This document shows positions 36,496-49,950 of a stretch of DNA of 64,000 nt, piece after piece; positions within the stretch are counted from its first letter, which is position 1; every line of letters starts with the position of its first letter. Position numbers and translations under genes: made by a program. The DNA comes from Octopus bimaculoides (lineage: Eukaryota). The stretch is from positions 150,546,125-150,610,124 of the forward strand of contig NC_068981.1 in assembly GCF_001194135.2 (NCBI RefSeq). The letters are read 5' to 3'. The notes beneath the pieces are model-generated. The model ran no database searches. It had not been told where the DNA came from and worked only from the letters and a program-made list of their open reading frames with translations.

Positions 36496-37172
36496 CCTGT
36501 GTTATGTTTTTGTTTTTACTATATTATACTTAAATTGCTAACTCATAATTTTAATATTTAATTGTTGATGGTTGTATTTTTAAAGATATTTGAATGTTTT
36601 CTGGTGTTGCAGCAGATTAGATTTCAAAATTATTATAAGAATTGTAATATAAATTAACAACTATATTACTTTAATATAACACTGGCACTCTGTCGGTTAT
36701 GACAACGAGGGTTCTGTACAATCAAAGGAACAGCCTGCTTGTGAAATTAATGTGCAAGTGGCTGAGCAATCCACAGACACACAAACCCTGAATGTAGTTC
36801 TTAAGGAGACTGAATGTAACACAGAGTGTGACAAGGCAGGCACTTTGAAAATACAGGTACCACTCATTTTTGCCAGTTGAGCAAAGAAGCCACTAACTGA
36901 AAAGCTGAATTTGAGGAAACCAGCATTTGGAATATATTGGCCAAAAAATAACTAATTAAACATCTCAAATATGAATATGTTTGAATGCTTAAGGAAGAAA
37001 CAATTTCTAATGCTCTAAAACATTAAAATTCACATCTCTGCCTCAACAATATAAACTTATATTTACTAAACAATAAGGAACCAGTTTGTAAACAATTATA
37101 GAAAAGATATTCAAATTACTCAGTAACAAATATATGTAAATAAATGAGTAATTGCCAACAATTAATTATTTT

Positions 37173-37212
<40 letters not shown>

Positions 37213-37767
37213 TAGTTTTCTTTGTATAATTTTCCCTTTTTTTATTCTTGTTCTGCGTGTTGAAATTTGAAGGGAGAGAAAAAAATTCAATAAAATTATA
37301 GGTCGTTTCTTCATTTAGTTGCTGTTGTTGTTATATTTGTTGTAGTTGTAGTTCTTGTTATTGTTGTTGAGTCTTGATAAATTTGAACCAATCAGAGTAT
37401 AGCAAATTAACCATTAGACATGACTGGTGCTGAAAACCACAAGCTCATCAACATCTGGTGTTTTACCATTCATTTCATTATTACATAATAATAGGTTAAG
37501 TGTTTGGTTAGGAAACTAAGGACAGGTGTGAGACTGGGAAATGAAGAAGAATGCATTCACACACACACAAATATATTCAAAGGAATTTAACTGGTTTTGA
37601 GTTTTAGTTACAAAAATTGACTTACTCTTTTACTGAGTTTAGTCATTGGACTGTGGCCATACTAGAGCATTACCTTCAAGGTTTTAGTTGATCATTCAGA
37701 GCCTAGTATTTACTTTATAGATGTTTACCTATGAAACCACTGAATTGCAAGATATACAACCAACTGA

Positions 37768-37798
<31 letters not shown>

Positions 37799-38226
37799 TT
37801 ACTCACATGTACATACATACATTTGGGCTTCCATGTAGTTTCTATTGCCCAAATTTAAGTCACAAGGCAGTAGTCAGTCTAAGAATATTGTAGAACACAC
37901 TTGCACATTGTATCACACAGTTGGGATTGAACCTGAGGCTATATGGTTGCAAAGCAAACCTCTTAACCACAAATCTATGCTTGCTCCTTGTTCATTTGTC
38001 ATAATAAATTGGGTCTTAAGCTCATACAGAATTTGAATTTGGTTTCTTGTCCTATGGTTGAAAAGCTGATGAAATCATAGACAGACAATAAACACACATG
38101 GGAGAAAGGAGAAGTATAACCAAGCAGAATCTATCAGTCAGTGATTAATTCAATATAATCCACATAATACTGAATCTCAATGTTATGTACAGCTGGCTCA
38201 GTACTGCCTAGAAGATTGTAAGATAC

Positions 38227-38266
38227 CTTATTATCTTTAGAAGAATATTTCAAAACTTGAGCAGAA
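38227..38266 (-). CDS. Candidate 40-nt exon
   Basis: Acceptor tatcttctcaccttcatacCAG, donor AAG|GTATCT, one open frame SAQVLKYSSKDNK. Similar strong minus-strand splice pairs occur at 39049-39121, 41926-41938 (13 nt), and a GTGAGT donor near 42580-42587. Confidence 0.3.
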
Positions 38267-38337
38267 CTGGTATGAAGGTGAGAAGATAGATAGCTGATAA
38301 TAGGATGATAATATCATCAGCAACAATCAACGACTGC

Positions 38338-38539
38338 TTTCCATGCTGGCATGGGTTGGATGGCTTGGCAGGAACTGGCAAGGTCAGGGGCTGCACAAGG
38401 TTCCATAGTCTGTTTTGGTTTGGTTTCTAAGGTTGGATACTCTTCCTAAGAAACCAAGCCAAAACAGAGTATGGAACCTGGTGCAGTCTCTGGATTTGCC
38501 AGTTTCTGTCAAGCTGTCCAACCCATGCCAGCATAGAAA
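38338..38539. repeat. Head-to-head inverted pair of SINE family C 3' halves (~95-bp arms, 12-nt loop)
   Basis: 38338-38432 vs the reverse complement of 38445-38539 (atgctggcatgggttgga...ggttccata.tctgttttgg.ttggtttct.agg). Other family C copies at 38800-38940, 39404-39620 and 62695-62790. Confidence 0.9.
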
Positions 38540-41200
38540 ACAAAGGTTAAATGTTGATGATGATAACACTTAGAGTTAAATATTCAGTGTGGAGCCAAGG
38601 TGAGAGATTCTATGCCAGTAATTCTTAACCTATTGTTGCACAAAGCCCTCTTTCAACAAATGGCATTTTACAAATACCCCTTCAAAAGTTTCAGACATAA
38701 AAATACACAAAACAGCAGACTATTTTAAACAAATAGAAGCTAATTTTGCACAGTTATTTATTATCCATTATCTGATGCTGGTGCTAGGTAAAGAGAACCT
38801 CAGTCTGTAAGGTGACTGGCATTAGGAAGGGCATCCAACCACACAAACCTTGCCAAAGCTGACATTAGAGCTTGGTCTTCTGACTTGCCAGCTCTAATCA
38901 AACTGTCCAACCCATGCCAGCATAGAAAATGGATGATGATGATGTCAATGACCACAACAATGACGATGTCTTTTTTTTTATAGTACCCCAAACAGCATTT
39001 TCCTCTTTTTATATATTAATGGGCTAATGACCTGTTTATAGAACTTACTGAAGAAGGCAAGGACTTGTACAGTAATTATTATATTGGATCATGGGGCATC
39101 ATCACTCATGTTTCATGGTTACTAAAAACACAATAACCTATCCATATTTTAATTCTGACAAAAACGTTTTTATGAGAATGTATTTAAAATATAAGTATAG
39201 TGCCTAGGTGAAATATTTTATTTCTAAGAAAAATCAAAACCCTTCTAAACACACAGTGCCACCTGTAGTGCCCTCTTGTGAGCATACAATGCCACCAAGA
39301 GAACACTATCACCCAACTTGAGAACCATAACTCTATGCAGTCTATGGCTGTGACTTAAACCAATTTAAGGCAAATGTTTCAGTTTTTACATGTCAATACT
39401 TTCATCGTTTAACGTCCGCTTTCCATGCCAGCATGGGTTGGACGATTTGACTGAGGACTGGTGAAACCGGATGGCAACACCAGGCTCCAGTCTAATTTGG
39501 CAGAGTTTCTACAGCTGGATGCCCTTCCTAACGCCAACCACTCAGAGAGTGTAGTGGGTGCTTTTACGTGTCACCCGCACGAAAACGGCCACGCTCGAAA
39601 TGGTGTCTTTTATGTGCCAGAGTAGTTGAAAATAAAGTTTTAAAAATAATAAAGATGATAACAATAAAGAAAGTGATAAATATTTCCTATTATTGTAAAC
39701 AATGAACAAAGATATTCCCATTTTATTGATTCTTCAGATGAATACAAATCTTGGCAGTAATCATAAGTTTTACTCATAAGATTGGCAAGTTTCCTGTTTT
39801 CCTTAGTAGTTTGCTAAATATGGAAGCTAATATATCTATTGTACGACTTAAGATGCTGGTTGCTTTTGTTGTTGATCTTGTTATTGTAATAGTAAGTAGA
39901 TATTATTGATAATGAGAGTACAAAACTTGGGAATGGAAGTAACAGAACTGTTCTAACACTTGAGATTGCAAAGTTAAGCATTACAGATATTATACCACTA
40001 ACTTATCACAAATCCCTCAAGATCAATGTATGATATTCAATCAAAACAGATGCTTTGATATAGGTATTGAAACAGAGAAACAGTAACAGATAAGAAGAGA
40101 ATGGGAGAGTAAATCCAGTTACAAGTTATCTCATTAATCAAGTTATGTTATTTTAGGAAATAAGTTATCTTATAAATCAAATCATGCACCTCATGAAATA
40201 AGTTACAAAGATATAAACCGAAGTTATAAAGTAGAAAATTCACTGAGGGGGAAAAGATGAAAAAACAAAACTAATATAACGTTATACAAGTGCAATAATA
40301 TTTGATGCTGATTTGAGATCTAATTACTGCTAATTAACATGTTTCCTATTAAGCAGTTGTTCTAAATTAAACACATTTCAGAAATTACTTTCCTTAATAC
40401 TTTTCTGTTGTGAGTGTACATGCTCATGAGGTTAGATCTTATCTGGATTTTCAGGGTGTTCAAGTACAAGACCCCTACTCTTGAACAGGATGCCAGTCTA
40501 TCAAAAAGTAAACCCCCAGATGCCAGTGTATTCATTTCCAGCTGAGTGTACTGAAGTAATGGGAAATAAAGTGATTTTATTAAGGACACAACACCCTGCC
40601 TGGCCCAACACTTGAACGCACAACTTAAAGCTACAGAGTCCAATACATTAGCCACAAGATCATGATTGTTCACCTGTCTAAAGTAGACATGAAGGAAAGC
40701 AGCAAGTTCAATGAGAAAATATCACCACCACTCACATAATGTTACAGCAACATGAGAAATATGAAGACAGCATGAAAAAGTATGAAGAATGTGAGAAACA
40801 AAATCAACTGGTGTAGGTTGATTTATAATTAATCAAATGTCAAGAAAAGGATTTTGACAAAGAGAAAGAAAATTGATAAATGAATAAATAATGAAATGTC
40901 CAAAAACATATCAAAGCATTTGAAAATAAACACAACACAGCCAAAGGGATCGCAGTCTTTGTCAATAATAATAATAATGGTTTCAAATTTTGCCACAAGG
41001 GCAGCAATTTTAGGGGAGGAGATAAGTTAATTACATCAACCCCAGTGCATAATTGATACTTATTTCATTGGTCCCCAAAAGGATGAAAAGCAAAGTCAAC
41101 CCCAGCAGAATTTGAATTCAGAATGTAAAGATGGACAAAATGCTGGTAAGCATTTTGCCCAGCAGGCTAACAATTCTGCCAGGTCACCACCTTAATAATA

Positions 41201-41410
41201 ATACAGAGGCTTTGGAAGGTGCAGGTAAAATATATTCCTGTAGTTATAGGTGCATTAGGAAATATCCCTAAAGATTTGAACAGATGGATAGAGGAAATAA
41301 GCATAAAACCTAGTTTAGTACAGTTCCAGAAAACTGTTATTAGGAACAACTAGGATGCTTAGGAAGGTTCTTGGCATCTAAGGTTAGTTGTCATCGCTCA
41401 GTGTTAGGAA
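41201..41410 (+). mobile_element. R4/Dong-like LINE extreme 3' fragment
   Basis: IQRLWKVQVKYIPVVIGALGNIPKDLNRWIEE...QFQKTV/LGTTRMLRKVLGI* (one frameshift). It is preceded directly by TAATAATAAT. Confidence 0.8.
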
Positions 41411-44283
41411 TTATTAGTACATTATTAGGAACCATTATTATTATTACTATTATTATTAAGGCAGTGAGCTGGCAGAATTTTTACCACATTGGCAAAATGC
41501 TTAGTGGCATTTCATCTGTCTTTACATTCTGAATTCAAATTCCACCAAGGTCAACTTTGCCTTTCATTTTGGGGTTGATAAAATAAGTACCATTTAAGTA
41601 CTAGGATCAATGTAACCAACTAGCCCAAACACCCAAAATTTTAGGCCTTGTGCCTATAGTAGAAAGGATCATTACTATTATTATTGTTAAAGTAGTAAAT
41701 TTGCAAATCAACATTTGTTCTGGATATTTATGTTCTGAGTTCAAATATTGCTGAGGTCAACTTTGCTTTTCATTTTCTTGAGGTTGATAAAATAAGTACT
41801 AGTCAAGTACTGGGATCAAAGTAATCAACAGCCCCCTCCCCTCAAAATTACTGGCCTTGAGCAACAAATAGAAAAAAATTATTGTAAGCATTCTCCCATC
41901 ATCAAAGATTGCATTTTAGATTTACCTGTGTTACATTCCTAGAAATAATATCAGCTGATTTTTTTTCAAGTCTTTAATTAAGCTAAAAGGACTAAAAAAA
42001 ATTTTTCCTGGGATTATGAAAAAAAGTCATTGCAAGTGAGAAGTGGGAAAGTCCCATCATTAATAAGCAATGTCTGTAAATTTAACCACTGTGCATGTGT
42101 GTATGTGTGGGCAGTCAATGTGTGTGTATGTGTGTAAGGAAAGCAATTCACAACCAAAAAGAAGTTTTCAAAAACCACATTGACAGACACTGCTATTCTA
42201 AATTCAGCATCACCTGAAGGTTAAACAATACATTTACATTCTTTAACAGCAATCAGACTTCATTTGCTTCATATCTAATTAATTAATTAATTAAATGATT
42301 AATTAAAAACAAAGTTAATTGTGTGTTAATTGACAAGTTGTCATTCTACTGAAGACAAGTCTTAAAGGTAATATAAGAAGAAATTTAGAAACAAGATATT
42401 TTTTTTTTTTTGACTAAGAATAAAGGTCCTTTATTTCCAGAATGAGGAAGAATAGAAAGACCACTTTGATGCTCAAACATTTTCTAAAGGAATATTGCGG
42501 TATAAATAATACAATATAGTTTCAATCAGAAGTAAAACTGAGTCAAAGTTTAGGCTCTCCTGGAAGTTAATCTCTTGCTTTGAAGACACTCACCAAAAGT
42601 AAATACAATAAAAAGACATACAAATACAATATAGACATGATTTTTAAAAGAAAATTTGATCTGTTTCTAAATAAACATTCAGATTGAAAATCATAAAACA
42701 AATCAAGGTGTGTAGATACAGAATAGAACCCAGTTTCACAGGCTGATATTTTCAAGTACTGTCAGAAGTCTTATTTTTCTCCTAATTCTCCTACATAAAA
42801 TTATCTCTACATAATGATTTATCAATTCCAGGATTCATTTTGAATAACTTATGAAATATTAATATTAGATTATTCACTAACTGAAGTCATCTGATGTCTA
42901 AGGAAGAATAGTGATAAACCATGTTTTACTTAATCACAAAATATTAATGCTAAAGTAACTAAAAAATGAAATACCTCAATCAAATCCATTTATGGGATCA
43001 TCTACTACCTCCAGTTGGTCTACTACATTAAATGACTTCCATAACTTACACAAGCATACACCATTTATATTGAACATATATGTAAAGCTCCTGGGAAACC
43101 CTGGTACAAAGATAGAGCTATATATATATATATATATATATNNNNNNNNNNNNNNNNNNNNNNNNNNNNNNNNNNNNNNNNNNNNNNNNNNNNNNNNNNN
43201 NNNNNNNNNNNNNNNNNNNNNNNNNNNNNGCGAGTAAAAATAAATACAAAAAAGGTGGTTTTTTTGTATGATTGTGTATAGAGGAATATATTATTTTGTT
43301 TAAAAGAGTTCCAACACTGTGTTTTTTATGTTTTATTTATATTCCTGCAGAACCAATGTGGGGTATAGAATATGGAATATACAATATATAATATAATATA
43401 CAATATATAATATAAAATAAAATAAAATAAAAATGGATGGCACCATGAAAGAAAGTATTGCATGTAGATGAAATATTGAGTGTTCAATATAAAGGATCAA
43501 ATATATATAAATATAAATATATAACGGCGACTCGAGTTTCAGGGCTATTTCCCTTCGTCATGGCCGGTATGACAGACTTTAACAGACTATATATATATAT
43601 CCATTCAGTATTCAATGGTCTGAAAAAAAGGGTACTCAGTTCCATAGTGGTAATTAATAATATATTTTATTTTAGTTGAGTCAGTTTCTTACTACTCTGA
43701 GTTTCACCTGTAGGTGTGCAGGATTTTCAAGCCAGTTAAGATCTTGTGTACCAACAGGTGAAACTTGAAGTAACAAGAAACTTGCTGAATGAAAAAAATG
43801 TATATATAAAGAAATTCACTTTAATCATCTGTTTTTTTCACTTAATGCCATCGACTATAAAATGTAAATCTTCATATTTTATTCATTAAGAAAAGATTAA
43901 ATTCTGAGTTTTGTTATAGCTATGGACATTGATCTTCATTTGTAAATGAAGCCATAAATATTTAATTAAAACCAAGATGGGTAAACAATTCACTTATCAT
44001 TTATGGTATGAAATTTGTCTTTCTCTGCTGCATCTTTGAGGCTAGACTAGTCTTAGGGCTAATTTTGCATTTTACATTGTGTTTGAATTGATAATGTGAT
44101 TAATATTACAAATAATTTCATCAACACTAGGAGCCAGTTATTAGTTGAATTCAAACTGAGAAGCAAGAGTGTTGAAAATACTGTAACCAACGCACTTAAT
44201 TTCATACCAATGTTTAAATTGTTTATATCATACTTCATAATTTTATTACTGAAACTGCCCAAGAGAAATTTTGATATATTTAA

Positions 44284-44504
44284 TCCTTTAACATTCAGAT
44301 TTCTCTATCAAATGTAATACATATCTATTCACATTGTTTTGAATTAATCATGCATTACCTTGTTGTTCTAAGACTTTGATGATGTGATTGCTTACTTTTA
44401 GAATAACATTGTAGTGTAGATGCAAGAGGTTACAATCTAGAAAATTTGAACATAAAACATTTAGAATATTTTGGCCAGATATGGTCGGTTTAAATGCTAA
44501 AGGG
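44284..44504. mobile_element. piggyBac-type MITE with TTAA flanks
   Basis: TTAA|tcctttaacatt ... aatgctaaaggg|TTAA. Confidence 0.75.
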
Positions 44505-47500
44505 TTAAAGAATAATATATTTTGATATAGTTAAAAGAAGAAATGCTTGGATTTTTTTTAAAACCTTAATTGCAGTCAATTTAATTGACTTTAGGATAAT
44601 TTTTATACTTCTGTTATCAACTCCACCATGTTAGTAGAGTTACAGTATAAAGTTGGTAGTTGCTGTATTGGAAGGTGGAACTATTTACAGCTGTATATTC
44701 AGTCTAGCATTCTAAAGACTCAGTAATAAATCTTAAATCTAAATCCTAAAACTGCACACTAAATTTTCCACCCTAATTACACAGAATTTGGCAACACTAA
44801 AGAAGAAGTTGAAACAGATGTAAACGATAAAAAATTTTTAAATTGTAAGAAAAGAGAGAGACAGTCACAGATAAACAGATAGAGAGTCTAAGAGAGACAA
44901 ATAGACAGACAGAGAAAGAAAACATTTACAAGAAAGAGAGAGAGGAAGAGAGATTTTCAGATTGATAACTATAGTGATGATGATCTAGAGAAAGAAAAAT
45001 GACTTTCAAATGAACACTGAGGAAATAAATGAATAAACAGTTTGTTAAATGAAAAAAATATCTTACAAATTTGGTTTATGAATTTTTATTCCAAGAGGTT
45101 ACACATTAATAAGATCATTAATTCTTCCAATAAATATAATTCTAGTGAAACTGAAGCAAAACTAAAACATATCACAAAGGTGTTAAATGGGTTGTCTTTT
45201 ATATCTGACTATTTTTGTATGTATGTGTGTGTGTGTAAAAGAGAGAGAGAGAGAGAGAGATAGAGACATGCAGATAGAATAAAGAGAAAAAGGTGAGTTT
45301 CCTTTTGTTATGTACACTAAGTTGTAGTTCTCACCATCAATGGTCCATCTGATTGTCCTGGCATAGAATCAGCTACAATTTTTTTCTTCATTCACCTTAA
45401 CAAGATTCATAATCAACCCACAAAATTGGTTTCAGGCATCCAAAAATGGTCAAAGATAGAGAAAAAAAAGGATGCCATTTACATTGCAGATAATAGCTGA
45501 AACAATTTCAAAATGTTGGATGCAAACACATAGCAGTGATGGAATTGATACAGATAATATTATCATGGTGTTAATGATAATAACAATGAGGATGATGATG
45601 TTGCTTTTGTCAAAGTATTGTCTTAATTTAAAATACCATTAATTACATCCTTTAATGAAACCATTACATTGATTGATTTAAAGCCAGGGCACAGAATGCA
45701 TGTTCCAATAGCTTACCGGACTATGCTGTTATGGATAACATATCAGCTTCAATTATTTGTCAACAATCTTTTCAGTTTGCTTTCCTATCTAGAAATTAAT
45801 GAAAAATTATACAAAGATAGAAATTTTAGATCTTTTAAAGCTTCCTGCATTAAGCATGTTTACTTAACTATTATTCCCAATCAGCCAGCCAACTAGGTAT
45901 ATCAGCCAACACTCCCTTCAACTGCAGATCACAGATTTTTCAGACAGAGATTTCATGTCATATCTTGTAGTTTGCTTAAAGTATTGTTAGTGAAATACAA
46001 GCAGCAGAGATGTGTGACAAAACATTCCACAATTCAGAATAGACATCTAAAATAAATAAATAAATTTGTTGAATATTTTACAGTAAATGAAGCCCAGTCA
46101 AGAAAGGTGATGTTTTTTTTTTTTTTTTTTTTTTTTTTNNNNNNNNNNCCTTTAAAAATTTTTTTTATGATCTGAAAAATTAGAGCTGATTTAGGACAAA
46201 TTATTGAATAAATATTTTTTCTCCTTAATTATAGCACTACACACACACACACACACATGCACGCACGCACACACACACACACACATGTATCAAGACAGAT
46301 TAGAGAGAAAGCAAGAGATAGCTATAGAGATTGTGTGCATGTGTCTGTGTGAGATGCAAAGAATGAACATCAAATCTGAAGAACTCATGGTTGTCCTTTT
46401 TAACACTACATTATTAAAGGATAATGGTTACCAAAATACACAGATTATATAATACATATAGTTATCATAATGAGTGCTTTATGTATGATGTGTTTTATAC
46501 ATGACTATACAAACATATTGAAATATTATATATATATTAACTCCTGAACAGGAATTGATATAAACATGTATTACACGTTTGTTTGGTAGTTTTTTTTTTT
46601 TAACTTTACTGCAAAATATAACTGCATGAAACACTACAAGACAAAAAAAAATAATAATAAAAGTAAAATTAACTGTTATTTAGAAATGTAATTAACATTA
46701 GTGTGTATACTATAGTTTAGTTTTCAAGAAGTTTAACGACTGATTTTCAAATTCTTATAAGATTCTAATACCATCTGACAATACACACAAATACATTCAA
46801 ACACATTTATACAGAGATATGTGTGCATATGTGTATTGTTTATTTTTTACTTGTTTAAATCATTAGACTGCAGCCATGAGTCTAGCCACACAGATTGACC
46901 TGTGTACTTATTTTGAAAGTCCTGGTTCTTATCCTATTGGTCTCTTTTGCCAAAGTGCTAAGTTACAAGTTACAAGGATGTAAACAAACCAACACCAGTT
47001 GTCAAGTGGTAGTAAGACAAACACACAGACACATATATGAATGCATGTTTGTATATGTATATATGACAAGATTCCACTTGGTTTCCATCTACCAAATTCT
47101 TTCACAAAGCATTGGTTAGCCTGGAGCTATAGTATAAGACACTTGCCTAAGGTGCTATACAATGGAACTGAACCTAAGTCTACATGGTTGCTAAGCAAGC
47201 TTCTTAACCACTCATCCATACTATACTATAAACACTATTTAACTACAACAACTCAAATACTAGCTATCTTTTTAACAACATTACATCAAGAAAATGAAAT
47301 ATCGAAAATATTTAACAATCTTTGATAAAATTTATGATGCCTACTTCAAAGTGAAATAACACTTTGTAATAATATCTAACAAGTTTAAACAAATACAGAT
47401 ATGTATATATATTACATTTTTAAAACAATCATATTTTCACATTTCATCACTGACATTACTGCCATTGCCATTATCATTACTTCAGCATGGGCTGTCACTC

Positions 47501-47682
47501 TATAGCTTGACAAAATTTTATTTATTTTTATACAGTGTATATCAAAGTCTTCAGAATAGGCACACTGTATGCTGGCATGTCATAGGAGGTAACTAAAAGG
47601 ATTTCTAACAGAAAGGGCTTTCTCAAAAAGTGTCATCCAACCCATACCAGCATAGAAAAGTGAATCTAAAAAATCACAAAGG

Positions 47683-47725
<43 letters not shown>

Positions 47726-49387
47726 GTATTGTTCCATAATAGAAAGATCAACAAAAAAACGTACTCCATCTGGTGAGATAAATATTATTTATTTAAAAGA
47801 GATAACACACGTCTTTAAGTGCTACTAATAGTTTCATATGTTGAGAAATATTTCAAACATATTCGTCAGGCACAAACCACATATAATGAACTGATANNNN
47901 NNNNNNNNNNNNNNNNNNNNNNNNNNNNNNNNNNNNNNNNNNNNNNNNNNNNNNNNNNNNNNNNNNNNNNNNNNNNNNNNNNNNNNNNNNNNNNNNNNNN
48001 NNNNTTTTTTTTTTTTTTTTTTTTGTAAACTATGTTCTGCTGTATTATTGTTTCAGTCATGTCACACTAAAATGTTATGTTATTACTATTGACATTTTTC
48101 TACTCATAACACATGTAGTATGTAGGTGGAGTCTGACAAAAGCAATGTAAGAAACAAAAAGAAATATTAAAATAATTTAATCATTTAGTGCTAACTCTTA
48201 CTTGAAAACAAAATTAGAAAATATAAAAAAATCACATCACGATCGTTTTTGTCACGAAAGTCTCTGCATAACATTGATAACATTAATTTATTCAGATTTT
48301 CAAAATTGTTTCTGGGGTTCACAAACAACAATCCCAGATTTCTAGTCTTAGTTGTTTAAATGAGTGGAGAAATGATGGAAAGTTTGGTAAAGAAATAAAG
48401 TAATAATGATAGAGCATATTTAGAAATTTTTTAAAAAAATATAATGATAATACATAGTCATTAGAACAGATACATAATTTATAACGCTCAAGTCTGTTTT
48501 CCAAAAGCAACGTAATATTTCTAAATTGGAATTAAAATCATGTAGTTATTGTTGCTTAGTGTCAGGTTAGACTTAATTGACCAAACTATAACCAAGAGTG
48601 TGTCTGCTGTGACCAACAATCTTTGTTTTCAGTGCATGTAGGACTACATTATTCACTGTGTCCTTTCCTTGATGTAGGTGGAATGATTAGATCTGAGAAA
48701 GATTTGACTGCTATTTCTAGCAGACTAAGAAACCAAGAAGAGGCTCCTTTGGTGGCTCATAAAACCAAGTAGTAACTATGACTGGCAGAAATTAAGGCCA
48801 ATTACAGTGTCCATAGCAAAAGTCATAATATTAAGTCAATGTTTCAAACACGCCAAATGCAGTAGCAATAAAATGAGAAAACAAAATATTCGTTCTTGAG
48901 ATCTTAGTTTTACTTTGCAAGGGAGGTAACTATCAACAAATAACAAGAAATCAGATATTTTATTTTTTGCTTTTTATCTTTTTTTTTTAGTAGATTTTAT
49001 CGTTTATACACAGGAATACACCAACACATCAAAATATTAATAACATTGGCGAGAAGCCATACATTGAGGGAGAGAGAGAGAGAACATATATGGCCAATTG
49101 GCACTTTATTTTAATACCCTCCTTCCACTCCTCTGGAAGGGTGAAAGGCAAATGACCATGGCAGAAGTTGAACTCAGCGAATAAATAGATGTTGCTAGCT
49201 AAAACTGTAAGGCATATTTTTGTCCAGCTCTCTACTAATTCTGCGATATACCATCCTTCAACTATAACACAATATAAAACATTGAGAGTTTTATGAATGC
49301 CAAGATTTCAATAAGAAACAACCACATAACAAAAACATATTTAAACTACTTCCTTAATGTGTCTAAATCTAGTATGTACAGTTAGAT

Positions 49388-49950
49388 CAGTGGTTCCCAA
49401 ACTTTTTAGAGATGCGACCCACTATCTATGACACCAGTTTATGGCGACCCACTTAACTCTATTGGGTAAAAACATTAATGAAAGAAACAAATTTATTTCA
49501 GATTACATTTTCATTGAGGCCTGTGAGAAGGCCTCATTTATATTAAATGTGAAACAAAACGTTTTATAACTGTTTCAACGTCTCCATACCTTATAGGTAG
49601 GTATTAACTCTAATACAAAACCTCGAAGCAGTAACTGTTATCGGCTCGATCAGTGTTGTACTGCGCCTAGTTAAAGTTCTCTATAAATAGGTAAAAGCAG
49701 ACTTTTCCTTTTTATGATTACATACGAATAAATAACTTGAGAAAATGACCACCTCTGAATTGTTAAGTTCGTGAAAAAAGCCTACTGCTTGATAAAACAA
49801 CCAGTCTGGTATTGAAAACATGAGTCTTGAACTATCTCGATAGACAGCAGTTAATCAAAGCTAATGCGTAATTTTATAACTTTTTGCGACCCACTAGGAT
49901 TCCATTCGCGACCCATCAGTGGGTCGCGGCTCATAGTTTGGGAACCACTG
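49388..49950. mobile_element. hAT (Charlie-like) MITE with perfect 8-bp TSD
   Basis: TIR CAGTGGTTCCCAAAC / GTTTGGGAACCACTG. TSD AGTTAGAT at 49380-49387 and 49951-49958. Internal gcgaccca motifs. Confidence 0.93.

Noticed and set aside
38241-38277. Plus-strand exon KNISKLEQNWYEG resembling an SH3 motif
   Set aside because: No other SH3 segments were found, the apparent strand skew favours the minus strand, and the overlapping minus-strand splice signals are as good.
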